Of a DNA stretch of 64,000 nt, positions 1 to 12,667 are shown piece by piece. A program made the position numbers and the translations under genes. A model generated the notes under the pieces. It saw only the letters and a program-made list of their open reading frames with translations, was not told the DNA's origin and did not search any database. This DNA comes from Hypanus sabinus (Eukaryota): assembly GCF_030144855.1 (NCBI RefSeq), contig NC_082717.1:43400001-43464000 (forward strand). Direction: 5' to 3'. Position 1 is the first letter of the stretch. Each line of letters opens with the position of its first letter.

Positions 1-182
1 AGGAGACCAAATCTGTGAATGACAGTAAGTATAAGATATATATAAAATAGTTAAATTAAATAAGTGCTGTAAAAAGTAAGAAATTAAAAAGTAGTGAGGT
101 TGTGTTCATGGGTTCAATGTCCATTCAGAAATCAGCTGGCAGAGGGGAAGAAGCTGTTCTTGAAATCGTTGTGTGTGTGCAT
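1..182 (-). mobile_element. Rex/Babar-type LINE 3' fragment
   Basis: GGGTTCAATGTCCATTCAGAAATC..GGCAGAGGGGAAGAAGCTGTT matches the better-preserved copy at 50740-51330. Confidence 0.65.
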
Positions 183-239
183 CATGGAAGTAAATCCTTC
201 AGTTCAACTTTAAGGTGAGAGGGGGAAAACTTCACCCAA

Positions 240-865
240 CTGATGAAGGCTCTCGGCCCAAAATGTTGATTGTTTTCTCTTTTCCGTAGATGCTGCCTGA
301 CCTGCTGAGTTCACAGAAACATAGAAAACCTACAGCACAATACAGGCCCTTCAGCCCACAAAGCTGTACTGAACAAGTCCCTACCTTAGAAATTACTAGA
401 CTTCCCCATAGCCCTCTATTTTTCTAAGCTCCTTGTACCTAACCAGAAGTCTTTTAAAAGACCCTGTTGTACCCGCCTCCACCACTGTTGCCGGCAGCCC
501 ACTCCATGCACTCACCACTCTCTGCATAAAAATCTTACCCCTGACATCTCCTCTGTACCTGCTCCCCAGCACCTTAAACCTGTGTCCTCTTGTGGCAACC
601 ATTTCAGCCCTGGAAAAAAGCCTCTGACTATCCACACGATCAAAGCCTCTCATCATCTTATACACCTCTATCAGGTCACCTCTCATCCTCCGTCCCTCCA
701 AGGAGAAAAGGCCGAGTTCACGCAACTTGTTTCCATAAGGCATGCTCCCCAATCCAGGCAACGTCCTTGTTAATCTCCTCTGCACCCTTTCTATGGCTTC
801 CACATCCTTCCTGTAGTTCCTCCAATATTTTGTGCATATTGCTTTGTAGATTTTCTTGTGTTTTT
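240..865 (+). mobile_element. Short PLE terminal (pLTR) unit, split by a CR1 insertion
   Basis: Starts CTGATGAAGGCTCTCGGCCCAAAA, continues TAGATGCTGCCTGACCTGCTGAGTTC, and resumes after the CR1 as AGTTCCTCCAATATTTTGTG; same unit terminates the long PLE at 32030. Confidence 0.7.
313..814 (-). mobile_element. CR1 LINE, 5'-truncated, relatively young
   Basis: ORF 396-803 is the CR1 ORF2 C-terminus (ERVQRR..LGLFSLE..RGDLIEVYK..TRGH); (CATAGAAA)-type tail; apparent TSD AGTTC at 308-312 and 815-819. Confidence 0.92.
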
Positions 866-1600
866 AGTATGTATCCAAATGCCTTTTAAACACAGTAAAG
901 AACCTGTCTCTACTACCTCCTCTAGCAACTTGTTCCATATACTCATCACCCTATGCAGGACAAACCTGCCCACAATTACTTATTGAATTTTTCCCCTCAT
1001 GTAAAACCTATAACCCTCTAGTTTTAGATTCCTTTCATGCAAAAAAAGACTATGATCATCTAAACTATCAACACCGCTCATAATTTTATACCTATAAGTT
1101 CACCCCAAGTTTCCTTTTCTCTAGTCCCAGCCTATCCAATGTTTTCATGTAACTCAAGCCTACTGATCCAGACAAAATTCCTATGAATCTTTCCTTCATC
1201 CTCTCTCGCTTAATTCCATCCTTCCTATAGTGTGGCAACTAGAACTACACACAAAACTTCATGTCCAGCCGAGCCAATGGCTGTCATTTTCATGATGTCC
1301 AACCTCCTACTCTAGGCCAGAGCCAAGGAAGGCAAGCGTACTGTATGCTTTTTTCCCCATTCCATCTCGCTGTATTACCACTTTCAAGGAATTATGTACC
1401 TGTATCCCATGATTTTGCTGCTCAGGGCCCTGCCCTTCACTTAGTATGTCCTAGCCTGGTTTAACTTCCCAACTGATTCACATCATATATTTCTGAGTTA
1501 AGTGCCCTTGCCCGCATCCCCAGTTTACCCTATTATAGCCTTGGACAACATTCTTCACTGTCCATTATACCATCAGTTTTGATGTCATCTTCAAACTATA
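866..1600 (-). mobile_element. Older CR1 LINE fragment
   Basis: ORF 791-973 (RVMSIWNKLLEEVVE..) is degenerate CR1 ORF2 C-terminus; similarity continues to about 1600. Confidence 0.75.
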
Positions 1601-2979
1601 TATGACAAACTATTAAGTGGAGTGGATTTGTGCCTTGTAGTATCAGGAATGCCTAGAGTATGTCAAAAAGTAAGCACGTGGCCTCTGACATGATCTTGGA
1701 TATTAATGGTGAGATACATTGTGGTGTTAATCCTATTGAATTTTGAGGATAGGTTGTTAGATTCTCTCTAGTTGGAGATCGTTATTGCCTGGTAAATGTG
1801 TGACACATAAAGTTATTTGCTATTTATTAGCCCTTGTCTGAGTGTTGTCTATGTCTAGATGCGTGTGTCTTCATTTGCTGAGGAAGTGTAAATGAAGTTG
1901 AATATAGTTTCATCTCAACTGAACTTCAACAAAACACTATCATCTTCCAACCATTGGGATATTTTCTCCTGACACACACTGACTTCAGTTTTACCAGGGC
2001 ATCTTGATGTTACAGTTGTCAAATGTTGCCTTGATGTTAAAGGACCTATCCTCTGGAATTCAACTATGATCCATATATGGACAAAGGCTGTGATGATGTC
2101 TAATGCCAAGTGATTCGGATCAATACACACTGGGCACTGAGTATCAGTGAGCAGGTTACAATAAGGAAGTGTCAGTTGATAGTACTGTTCATAGCATCTT
2201 TCATCACTTTTCTAAAGACTGCTCATTATCTGACTGGGCAGCAATTAGCTCGATTGGATTTATTCTGCTATTTGTGGAATTTGGAAAGGTTGTAAGCTAA
2301 ATATCAAGGGCAAATTTCAATTTAAATACAAGCATTTAAATGTATAACATTTCAGTAGCGATTTTGAGTCTGTCTTCTAATTAATGGGCTAGATCAAATC
2401 TAATTACTGGTGTCATAGTTTATGACATTGTTGGAACTCTTGATTAAATTTCTGCCTTGCAATCATTCTTGGCATCCATTATTCTTTTTGAGGTTTCTCC
2501 ACTGAGTCACCAAATTATCGAAGCACAAATCTTTGTTGAAACAGGATGGTTGAATGCTAGTATAGTAACGACATTGTAAACTCAGCTGTAATGGCAACAG
2601 TTCCAAAGAGAACAGGTTGTAAGTTAGCTGCCATACATCCATGTATTCTGCATTACCATACCTCATGTTTTCAGGTGCAAATCTCACACTGCAATACAGT
2701 TGAGCATCTAGTGGAGTCCGGTGATAGACCCTGTTTGTACTGGGAATGCCCAGCATTAGTACCAGGACTTCAGCTTTCCATCCAGCAACAGTTGGTCCTC
2801 CATTGGGTCAAAGTCATTTGAATGAGAATTCCTGAAATGTAGATTAGGAAGGAAAGGTGAGTACAGTTATTTCATTTCATTTATTTCAATGATTTTGATG
2901 CTTTATTATTGTTTAATTATTTTTCAATAAATTTGAAGAAGATTAATATTTTTTAAAAAATAGGTGGGGTATTTTATAA

Positions 2980-3445
2980 ACTCAAGAAATTCTGCAGACC
3001 TCTGTCTGGGTAGCCTCCAACTTAATGGCATGAACATCAATTTCTGCAATTTCTGATAGTTACCACTCTTCAGCCCACCCCCTTCTCACTGTTTCCTTTC
3101 CCATTCTGGTTACCTCTTACCTCCTCTCTTTGCCATGCCTGCTCATCACCTCCCTTTGGATCCCCTCTTCCTTCCCTTTCTTCCATGGTCCACTATCCTC
3201 TCCTATTAGATTAATTCTTCTTTAGTCCTTTTCCATTCCCACATATCACCTCCCAGCTTCTTACTTCATCCCTTCCCTTCAGCTGGTCTCACCTGCCCCC
3301 ACCCCCACAACTTCTTATTCTGACTTCTGCCCCCTCACTTTCCAGACCTAATGAAGGGTCTCAGCCTGAAAGATCAACTGTTTATTCCCCTCCACAGATA
3401 CTGCTTGATTTGTTGAGTTTTTCTAGCATTTTGCATGTGTTGCAT
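2980..3445 (+). mobile_element. PLE 3' fragment (GIY-YIG end, pyrimidine-rich UTR, pLTR)
   Basis: CTGGGTAGCCTCCAAC..GGCATGAACATC (LGSLQP..MNI) as in ORF 48356-48760; pyrimidine-rich tract; terminal hammerhead-like motif about 3345-3380. Confidence 0.8.
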
Positions 3446-3754
3446 ACGGTATTTTATATTTCTATATATCATAATTTTGACAGGGACAAAGCCCCGTACT
3501 CAGTTTAGCCTCTTTTCACTGTGTTCTGGAGGTACCGATTCAGCTACAACTAGCCCGGTAGACATTATGGGCTAATTAAACTCTCAATCTATGATTGTCA
3601 GATCCAAGGTGATTGGACTTATATATGCATGGATATTGGGAGAACCAAACCCGACGCATTAAGGTAATAAACTGTATGTTTGTTTAATCCATGATCTCAC
3701 ATGGCAAACATATTCCTCTTTCACCTCAGACTCTGGGAGGTGGGCCCCAAATCC

Positions 3755-4130
3755 TAAGAAGTTTCTACAGGGACATAGCTGAGAGCATCCTGACTGGCTG
3801 CATTACTGCCTAGTATTGGAACTATACTTCCCTTAATTGCAGGACTCCGCAGAGAGTGGTGCGGATAGCCCAGCGCATCTGTAGATGTGAACTTCCCATT
3901 ATTCAGGACATTTACAAAGGCAGGTGTGTAAAAAGGGTCCGAAGGATCAATGGGGACCCAAATCACCCCGACCACAAACTGGTTGCTACCATCTGGGAAT
4001 TGGAACCACAGCATAAAAGCCAGGACCAACAGGCTCTGGGACAGCTTCTTCCACCAGGCCATCAGACTGATTAATTCAGGCTGATAGAATTGTATTTCCA
4101 TGTTACATTGACTGTCCTGTTGTACATACT
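3755..4130 (+). mobile_element. Rex/Babar-type LINE 3' fragment
   Basis: ORF 3856-4074 (VRIAQRICRCELP..IY..RC.KR..RI..DP.HP) is typical of the Rex1/Babar RT-ORF C-terminus. Confidence 0.8.
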
Positions 4131-4134
4131 AGCT

Positions 4135-4830
4135 TGATGGTATACTATCACCGCAAACAATGAAGGGGCGAGTGGAGGTGAAGCTGACTTGAGGGATGAG
4201 CCATGCTGGTACTTTGCAAGGTCTGTGTGAAACTTGTTCAAAGTGGTTTCAGAGATGGAAATGGAGATGGAGATGGAGTTGGAGCAAGCGATTTGAAGGG
4301 GAGTCAAGACAGAGAAGTTTTAGTGCCCGTCCACCTATGTGCCAAACCGACTTGGAGACGTCGAGAATGGCTTCAGACTGGGTGCAAAGTCTAGGGCTGG
4401 TCCATGACGGGCCCTGGCATAGTGTTTGGATGATTTGAATGCCAGAGGCAATGGTCGGGCCAACCTTGCTCGCTCTCCCACGATGTTCACTGCTCTCTCT
4501 GGCGTGCTGAGGCTGAGTCTGCTTCATGCCTGTGAGCTTCGCAGTGGCTTGCCCCACTATATGAGGAACTTGAGGACGAGGCTTCGGGCCTACCCCTGCT
4601 GCTCTGGGATTCAGGTCTATGGACGCAATTTGGCTCAGAATGTTGCTTGCTCGCCTTTATTGTCTGCAGATTGTGTTTTTTTTCTCTTTTGCTGTGTGAT
4701 GAGTGTTGGTCTTTCCCTTTTTTAAATTGGGTTCTTTCAGGTTTCTTGCTTTGTGGCAGCCTGTAAGCAGCCAAATCTCATGGTTGTGTAATTTATTCAT
4801 ACTTTGATAATAAAATGTACTTTGAGTACA
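4135..4830 (+). mobile_element. Non-autonomous retroelement with a LINE-type 3' tail
   Basis: GC-richer body ending AATCTCATGGTTGTG..TACTTTGATAATAAAATGTACTTTG; a similar tail is seen reversed at 6325-6630 and 44155-44320. Confidence 0.5.
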
Positions 4831-5009
4831 TTTATCTCCAGCATCCTGGCCAATTTGTATCTCTCAATCTGCATCAGTATAACAGATCAGGAGGCTGTCT
4901 GTGCACAAGCTGATTACTACAATTTCTACATTACACCGCCACTAAACTTCAGAAGCATTTCATTGGCTAAGATCTACTATGAGTTAACCTGATACTATTT
5001 TATTTTATT

Positions 5010-5283
5010 TTTTTTATTGGGATATAGTGTGGAAATGGACCTTCCAGCCCTTCCAGCGGTCCCACACGGCAACCCCCCATTTAACCCTTGCCTAAACAAG
5101 GGACAATTCACACTGACCAATTAACCTACCCATTGATATGCCTTTGGACTGTGGGAGGAAACTGGATCACCTGAAAGAAACTCATGAGGTCACAGGGAGA
5201 ATGTACAGATAGCAGTGAGAATTGAACCTGGGTTGCTCGTACTGTGAAGTGTTGTGCTATCTACTACACTACCATGCCACCCT
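5010..5283 (-). mobile_element. tRNA-derived SINE (V-SINE/HE1-like)
   Basis: Conserved CTTTGGACTGTGGGAGGAAAC..GGGAGAATGTACA core and reversed B-box GAATTGAACC; related copies at about 36115-36390, 53935-54260 and 54975-55240. Confidence 0.75.
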
Positions 5284-8245
5284 AAGAGTACTAAAATATA
5301 AAATACTATACTACTAAAAGTATTCTCTAGGTGTTTCTCACACCCTAATTGTTGGGCTCCCAAGCCTCTTTAATCTTTGTTGTTGCTTCATTGAGTCTTT
5401 TCTTTGGAAAAATCTCCGTTCATGAGAATGACAAATTTCCTAATAGTAAGATTCATTTCTTACAATTGTGGGCCATTGCTTTAATTAAAGTTTTTGGTAT
5501 TCATTTGTTCTTGTCCTGGAAAAAAATGTTATGACAGCTGATCAGGGTAAAACTGAAGCCATTGGATCTCAACTGCCACATGATGCTGCCCGGCTTATTT
5601 TTAAAACAAACTGTCAAGATGGCTCTTTTGATTGCTCCTCCTTGTAATAATTCATGAATTGTGACACATAAAATGAAGGAAGAAGCTACCCACCACCACC
5701 ATCATTTAGAAGGATTGAATCAAGAGGAGATTTCGTTGTTCTGTGATAGTTTTTCAGTGAACACGCTGGCAAACGGTGTGATTGAACTTAACCACATCGC
5801 TCTGAGTCTAGATCCTTCCCAGGCATCCACCAGGGACCCATGTTGTACAATAAGGGGGAATAAAATACAGATTTCAACAGTTGACTAACACCCTGTTCAA
5901 GTGGACTGGGGAGTTCATGGAGCAAAGGCAGGGACACAGAGCTTGTTCAGAACTGTCTGTTTCTCTAGAGAACTGCAAGACTGAATACAACTGGTACTGA
6001 ATATTCCCGTTCAGCACCTGCAAAGTTGCATGAACGAGGCACAATTAAGTTACAATATAATGGTTTATCTTGCTCATTTATAGTATCATAGGTAATTTGC
6101 CAGTTCCCTCTACACTTTCCTCTTATCTTATTTAATTGACCTCCTATTGAAGATTACTACTGAATTTGTATCCGTCATCATATTAGGCAGGATGTTCTAA
6201 ATTCTATCCATATTTTACATATAATGGTCCTTTTGCCAACCACCTTAAATCTGTGCCTTCTGGAAACTGACCTGTCATCCCATTAGATACAAGTTCACTT
6301 AATTTACTCAATCCATATTATCAAAGAACAAAGGTCAAAGTAACTTTCTTATCAAAATACATGTATGTCACACAAACAACCCTGAGATTCAGTTTCTTGT
6401 GGGCATACTCAATAAATCTATGATAAGATAATATCCAAAATAGAATCAATGAAAGACCGCACCGCATTCAACTAGTGTGCAAATGACACAAACTGTGCAA
6501 ATACAAAAGGAAGAAATAGTAATAAATAAATAAACAATAAATATCAAGAACATGAGATGAAGAGTTCTTGAAAGTGAGTCCATTGATTGTGGGAATATTT
6601 CAGTGATGGGACAAATGAAGTTGAGTGAACAGCAGACTGGAGTCTGTCACAATGTGTACATCAAACAGTTCACTAATGTCGGGAATGCTCAGGGATAGTG
6701 AGATACAGTAAAAAGTACTAGTTGAAGTGTTTGTATGGTCCACGTAGCTGATGACGGTGTTTTGTATCACAGTGATAGTATGATGGAAAGGTAAATTCAA
6801 GAGCATGCAATCACTAGACGGATCATCAGCAGACTGTATGGGCTGTACAAGTTTCAATTCAGCAACTTGGCTAGACATGAGCCAATACATGAAGGGGTCT
6901 GAATTGCTGGGGCTGGAACACAGGGGGTGTCTCTTAGAGTTAACATGGATGAATCTACCTGGGGAAAGGGGTGGTTGCCAAGGGGGTGTCTGTGGCATGG
7001 AATTTTATTCAAAAGGAGTCTTCCTTCTATTTCCTCAAATATAAGTCACAACTAGAAGATGCAAAAACTGGGTACTGTGCAGATTTTTGTCCAACAAGAG
7101 GTTAAAGAACAATTGAAAAAAGATTTAAGTGGAGCTTTTGAAGGAGCTTTGGTTATGCATTCTTCTGGTGGATTTAACAAACTGAAGAAAACCCCAGTAA
7201 CGTGAATCTCTTTCCTCTCCTCTGGTCAGATGGCTGGATTTTTTTGCAGCATTACTTTGCTATCCCGGGGAATGTTGATGTGTCATGCAAGGTCTTTGCC
7301 ACCTCCATCCTTTCCCACCTCTTGACCTCAGGTGAGCGCTGAGATATGACTTCCCTCTATATTATTCAAGAGGGCCTACAGGGTCTCATCAGCAAAGTTA
7401 AATGCTCTCTTCCTGACCTTCTCTTGCGAATCAGTCATCTGTGAGAGGGGAGAAGTTTGAGACAGTTTAGTCTCTCAAGAGAGCAATTTCAGTGAATTAA
7501 TTTAAAAATCTACAGGACAGAGAGCTGAGTGCTGCTTACCTTGCACTCCCCAGCCTCACTATGAAGAAAAACTGTTTTTTCTTTGACTTTTATGTCCCTC
7601 CATCCTTGCACCTTGAGACCTTATTGGCCCTGTTTCAATTATATTTGAACCTCACTGAAAAATTCCATGGAAGAACACTTATATTCAAGTTTTGGGCATG
7701 TTCAAATTAGGCTCTGAGAATATAATAATTTAATTTGACATCAGCAAAGTATTCAGAACAACTCTCAGAATTTCAGATCTAACTTTGGTTTCTGTCCATC
7801 ATGCCTCCTTGTAGAGAAAAAAAGCTGTGACAGAGTTATCTGTGGGGAGACAGTTATTGTTCATTGTCTTCATTAGATGGATGGGACTTTCACCGAATAT
7901 TTCTCCTCAGAGTTTATCAAATAGAAAGTCGTGGTTGATAAGGGAAGCAAGAAACAAGGGAAACAAGTGGAAATGCTGTGGATAATATTCATATTACCAT
8001 GAAGGGGACATTTTCAGCCTTACAGTGCATTAAGGTGGATAAGTCATTAGTGCCTGATCAAGTTGTATCCTTGGACTTTAAGGGAGGCTAGAGAGAAAAT
8101 TGCAGAAAATGCTTCTTCATTAACCACTGGTGAAGGTCCTGAATACTAAAAGGTGGCTAATATTGTTCCATTGTTTAAAAAGAGTAGCAAGGACAAGTCA
8201 GGGAACTACAAACCAGACAAGCTAATATCAAAAGATCATTTAGAG

Positions 8246-8325
8246 CAGGGGTTCCGAACCCGGGGTCCATAGATCACTTGCTTAATGGTATTGGCCCATG
8301 GCATAAAAGAGGTTGAAAACCCCTG
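8246..8325. mobile_element. 80-bp hAT (Charlie-like) MITE
   Basis: TIRs CAGGGGTTCCGAACC / GGTTGAAAACCCCTG; 8-bp TSD ATTTAGAG (8238-8245) / ATTTAGAT (8326-8333). Confidence 0.85.
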
Positions 8326-9320
8326 ATTTAGATGGATAGGATGTATCAGCGTTTGGATAGACAGAGTCTATTTAGGAGAAATCAGCATGGCTTTGTGCAT
8401 GGGTCATGTTTGACAATCTTTTTAGAGATTTTTGAAGAAGTAACCAAGAGATAGATTAAAGTAGAACAGTGGATGTTGTCTATTTGCACTTCAGCAAAGT
8501 CTTCAACAAGGTTCCATGTGATAGTCTAATCTAGAAGGTTGTGTCCCATGGAATCCAGGGAGAGCTAGTTAGGTGGGATTAAATTTAGCTGGATGTAGGA
8601 ACCAGAGTGCAGTGGTTGAGGCTTTATTCTTGGAATGAAGGCTGGTGTGACAAGTGGAGCTGGTGTTGGGATCTTTGAAATGTGTTATTTATATAAATGA
8701 TTTACATGCAAATGCGCAAAGCTGCATCTGTAAATTTATGGGTAATGCAAATTTAGCAAGTGTTGTTGATAGTGAAGAAGATTATTGCAGATTACAAGGG
8801 GTTCTTGATCAGGGAAGTGGAATAAGGAGTGGCAAATAGATTTCAATACAGGACAGTGTGAGGTGATGCATTTTGAAAAGTCAAACCAGCATAGTATTTA
8901 TACCTTGAATACGTCTGATAGGACATTGAGGACAGCAATAGAACAGAGGGGCCTAGAAACACAAACTTATAGTTCATTGAAAGTGGTGCCACAGGTAGTC
9001 TGGATGTGGAAAAAGGCATTTAATGTGCTGGCCTTCCTCAGTCAGGACACTGGCTATAGGAATTAGGAGTTGCAACATGATATTGCAGTTGTTAAATCAT
9101 TGGTGAGGCTGTTTACAGTTTAGGTAATCCTGTTATGAAAGATGTGCAGAAAGAGTGCAGAAAAGATTTACGAGGATGTTGACAGAACTAGAGGGTATGA
9201 ATAATATGGGGAGGAGAGATTGACCAGATTACATCTTTATTCCTTGAAACGTAGGAGAATGAGGGGTGATGTTATAGAAATGTTTAAGATTAGGAGAGGC
9301 GATGAGCTGGATGGTAACAA

Positions 9321-9322
<2 letters not shown>

Positions 9323-9384
<62 letters not shown>
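9323..9384. repeat. (TG)31 microsatellite
   Basis: Perfect dinucleotide run inside the CR1. Confidence 0.98.
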
Positions 9385-9386
<2 letters not shown>

Positions 9387-10384
9387 CGGGGGGGGTGTGG
9401 TGTGGTATTCCAAAAATAAAGGGAATAGACTTCGAGTGAGAGGGGAAAGATTTAAATAGGATCTGAGGAGCAACTCTTTCATGCACAGCGTGGTGAGTGT
9501 ATGGAACAAGATGCCAGAAGAAGTGGTTGTGTTAGGTACCATACGATAATTTAAGAAGCATTTAGATAGGTAAGTGGAGGAACAACACTTAAAGGGATAA
9601 GAGCTGAAAGCAGGAAATAGGGACAAGCTCAATGAGCACCATGGTCAGTGTAGACTTGTTGGGCCAGAGAGCCGATATCCAAGCTATATTGCCCTATGAT
9701 TCTCTAACTGGTCTGTATGTTTAATTTGGTTAATAAAGGAATGACTTTCACAAAAGATGTTCTTCCTATTTGTTACAGTACTCAAACTTTTATATAACCT
9801 TTCTGATGATAAATCCACAAGTAAATAATAGAGACGGTGCAGTCTGCTTATTTCATGATTCCAGCTTCCTGTTTCTACTTTCTTTAGGTCCTCAATGTGA
9901 TGTTGTCAACCTGGCCATACTTTATTACCTTAGGGAAAGGGTTGTGTCAGTGGCAGGCTGCAAATCCACATGACCTGGATACATTAATTTCTACTTTTGC
10001 CTGAATTATGAAGCAGACACTTTAGCCGCAGACTGGGGGTTTCATCTGACACTTTTGTGCAGTTCACAGGAGGAGAAAGGCAGGTCTGTGAATAGATCAT
10101 TACTTTGCCCTGTCACCCAGGTGCTTGGTGCTCACTGCAATTTCCATACAAATATATTGGGAAAGACCCTAGACAAACACTGTCTTTCAAGACTAAAACT
10201 AAGGCTTTGTAAATTGAAACTCATGTTCAAATATTAGCAAGCACAATGATGATGAACAATGCCTCATCTGCTCCTATATGCCCTTCATCTTCCTCTATAG
10301 CTCACCTTAGTACTCACCCCTGTGCTAAAAGAAGGTTCCAGGATCTCTGTGCATTTCAACACAGATATCAAAGCTCAGTTAGTA

Positions 10385-10700
10385 ACACCAAGAGATTTTA
10401 CGGATGCTGGAAATGAATGCACCACACACAAAATGTTGGAGGAAATCAGCAAGTTAAGCAACATCTAAGGAATAAATGGTTTAGGCTAAGACCATTCATC
10501 AGGACTGGACGAGAAGGGGGCAGAAGTTAGAATAAGAAAGTGAGGGGAAGGGAAGGATAAGAATCTGGCAGGTATTAGGTGAGTCATGGGGAGGAGTTAG
10601 ATGAGTGAGTGAGGGAGGAGGGATAATGTAAAATTCTAGGGTACCTCATGAAGGGGTCTTGGCTTGACACATCAACTGTTTACTCCACTCCATAGAACTT
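10385..10700 (-). mobile_element. PLE terminal fragment with a short inverted pLTR copy
   Basis: GATGCTGGAAAT..ACACACAAAATGTTGGAGGAAATCAGCA plus purine-rich tract, then an opposite-orientation hammerhead-like motif at about 10643-10696. Confidence 0.7.
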
Positions 10701-11041
10701 TCTTATCTATTTCTTACCAGGAATAGCACAGATTTTGGTAATGAATATGAGAGTGGAGGTTTGTGTGGGAGGGAAGAGTTAGATTGATCTTGGAGTAGAT
10801 TAAGCGGCCTGTTCTGTGCTGTGCAGTCCCATGTTCTATCCTCTAAGAACTTTAATTAATGTATGAGCTAGGCTTTGATGATAACTCCATGAATCCTCTA
10901 GACATCTGACAGTTCCTAACACAGTTGCTGTCCTATCCATTTGCCTCACTTTGATTAAGCTTGGTGTATTTCTTTCTTCTCCGAATTAACCCACACTGAC
11001 TCCCTGGATTGAACCCTACTGGTTGGTTGGTTGGTTGGTTG

Positions 11042-12391
11042 GTGAGTAAGCTGATGGAAAAGATTCTGATGCCTTTTATGAACATTTGGAGAGGCATAAT
11101 ATGATTAGGAATAGTCAGCATGGTTTTGTCAAAGGTAGGTCGTGCCTTACAAGCCTGATTGAATTTTTTGAGGATGTGACTAAACACATTGATGAAGGTA
11201 GAGCAGTAGATGTAGTGTATATGGATTTCAGCAAGGCATTTGATAAGATACCCTATACAAGGCTTATTGAGAAAGTAAGGAGGCATGGGATCCAAGAGGA
11301 CATTGCTTTGTGGATCCAGAACTGGCTTGCCCTCAGAAGGCAAAAAGTGGTTGTAGACGGGTCATATTCTGCATGGAGATCAGTCACCAGTGGAGTGCAT
11401 CAGGGATCTGCTCTGGGACCCTTACGTCAGTATTTTTATAAATGACTTGGATGAAGAAGTGGAGGGATGGGTTAGTAAGTTGCTGATGACACAAATGTTG
11501 GAGGTGTTGTGGATAATGTGGAGAGCTGTCAGAGGTTACAACGGGACATGGATTGGATACAAAACTGGGCTGAGAAGTGGCAGATAGAGTTCAAGCCAGG
11601 TAAGTGCGAGGTGGTTCATTTTGGAAGGTCAAATATGATGGCAGAATATAGTATTAATGGTAAGACTCCTGGCAGTGTGGAGGATCAGAGGGATCTTGGG
11701 GTCTGAGTCCATAGGACACTCAAAGCTGCTGCGCAGGTTGACTCTGTAGATAAGAAGGCATAGGGTGCATTGGTCTTCATCAATTGTGGATTTGAGTTTA
11801 AGAGCCAAGAGGTAATATTACAGCTATATAGAACCCTGGTCAGACCCCACTTGGAGTACTATGCTCAGTTCTGGTCACCTCTCTACAGGAATGTTGTGGA
11901 AACTACAGAAAGGGTGCAGAGCAGATTTACAAGGATGTTGCCTGGATTGGGGAGCATGCCTTATGAGAATAGGTTGAGTGAATTCAGCCTTTTCTCCTTG
12001 GAGCGGTGGAGGATGAGAGGCAACCTGACAGAGTTGTATAAGATGATGAGAGGCATTGATCGTGTGGACAGTCAGAAGCTTTTTCCCAGGGCTGAAATGG
12101 CTAGCACGAGAAGGAACAGTTTTAAGGTGCTTGGAAGTGGGTACAGAGAAGATGTCAGGGGTAAGTTTTTTTTTATGCAGAGAGTGGTGAGTGCATGGAA
12201 TGGGCTGCCAGCAATGGTGGTGGAGGTGGATACGATAGGGTCTTTTAAGAGACTCCAGGATAGGTACATGGAGCTTAGAAAATTAGAGGGTTATGTGTAA
12301 CCTCAGGTAATTTCTAAAGTAAATACATGTTTGGCACAGCATTGTGGGCCAAAGGGCCTATATTGTGCTGTAGATTTTCTATGTTTCTATG
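11042..12391 (+). mobile_element. CR1 LINE, 5'-truncated, relatively young
   Basis: ORFs 11086-11445, 11509-11706 and 11770-12300 encode RT (SQHGFVKGRSCLTSLIEFFEDVT, YMDFSKAFDK) and the C-terminus; (TTTCTATG) tail; (GGTT)5 at the 5' junction 11021-11040. Confidence 0.95.
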
Positions 12392-12578
12392 TAACACGTT
12401 TGAGTTTGTGCGAATTTCTGTTGTGTTTTAACTATTTTTAACATCTGTTACAAGAAGGATGTATGGGCCAGTTTACTTTAAGAGAAGACGTTTTTGGTCA
12501 TCTATTCCAACAACATATGGATTTGAAAGGCCGCATGGGTTATTTTGGACATGTGTGGCCACGTTTGCTCCACCTTAC

Positions 12579-12667
12579 CTCAGGAGGATCCTCCCTGGCA
12601 TCCACAAATGGAGTGCTTCCTTCTTGCACATTGTCAATGCAGTTTTGATGTTCTAGAATCTTCTTAG
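12579..12667 (-). CDS. Candidate internal coding exon of an unidentified gene
   Basis: Unique sequence; acceptor TTTTTTTTATTTTCACTGCTAG, donor GAG/GTAAGG; 89 nt, only one open frame (A)KKILEHQNCIDNVQEGSTPFVDAREDPPE; no homology recognised. Confidence 0.35.

Larger units (their letters stand above)
7980..9710 (+). mobile_element. CR1 LINE ORF2 (RT) relic
   Basis: Frameshifted RT motifs (QHGF..G.SCLT, D.VY..FSK.F.KV, IYINDL, KF..NA, RGDVIEMFK); contains a nested hAT MITE and (TG)n. Confidence 0.9.

Noticed and set aside
3515-3562. CACTGTG followed by TTCTGGAGGTACC, resembling a J segment
   Set aside because: No nonamer at 12 or 23 bp and no in-frame F/W-G-x-G-T motif
6600-6998. 132-aa minus-strand ORF with an Ig/TCR V-like look (QTPP..SPG, MYW, STFYC) followed by CACATTG + 23 bp + ACTCAACTT
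   Set aside because: Cys/Trp spacing and framework residues fit poorly, the heptamer is far from the YC motif, the nonamer falls in an adjacent LINE tail, and SYVDHT could equally be a decayed LINE YADDT motif; no J or C segments in the window
9220-9632. ORFs with poly-CV / poly-HT tracts
   Set aside because: Translation of the (TG)31 microsatellite inside a CR1
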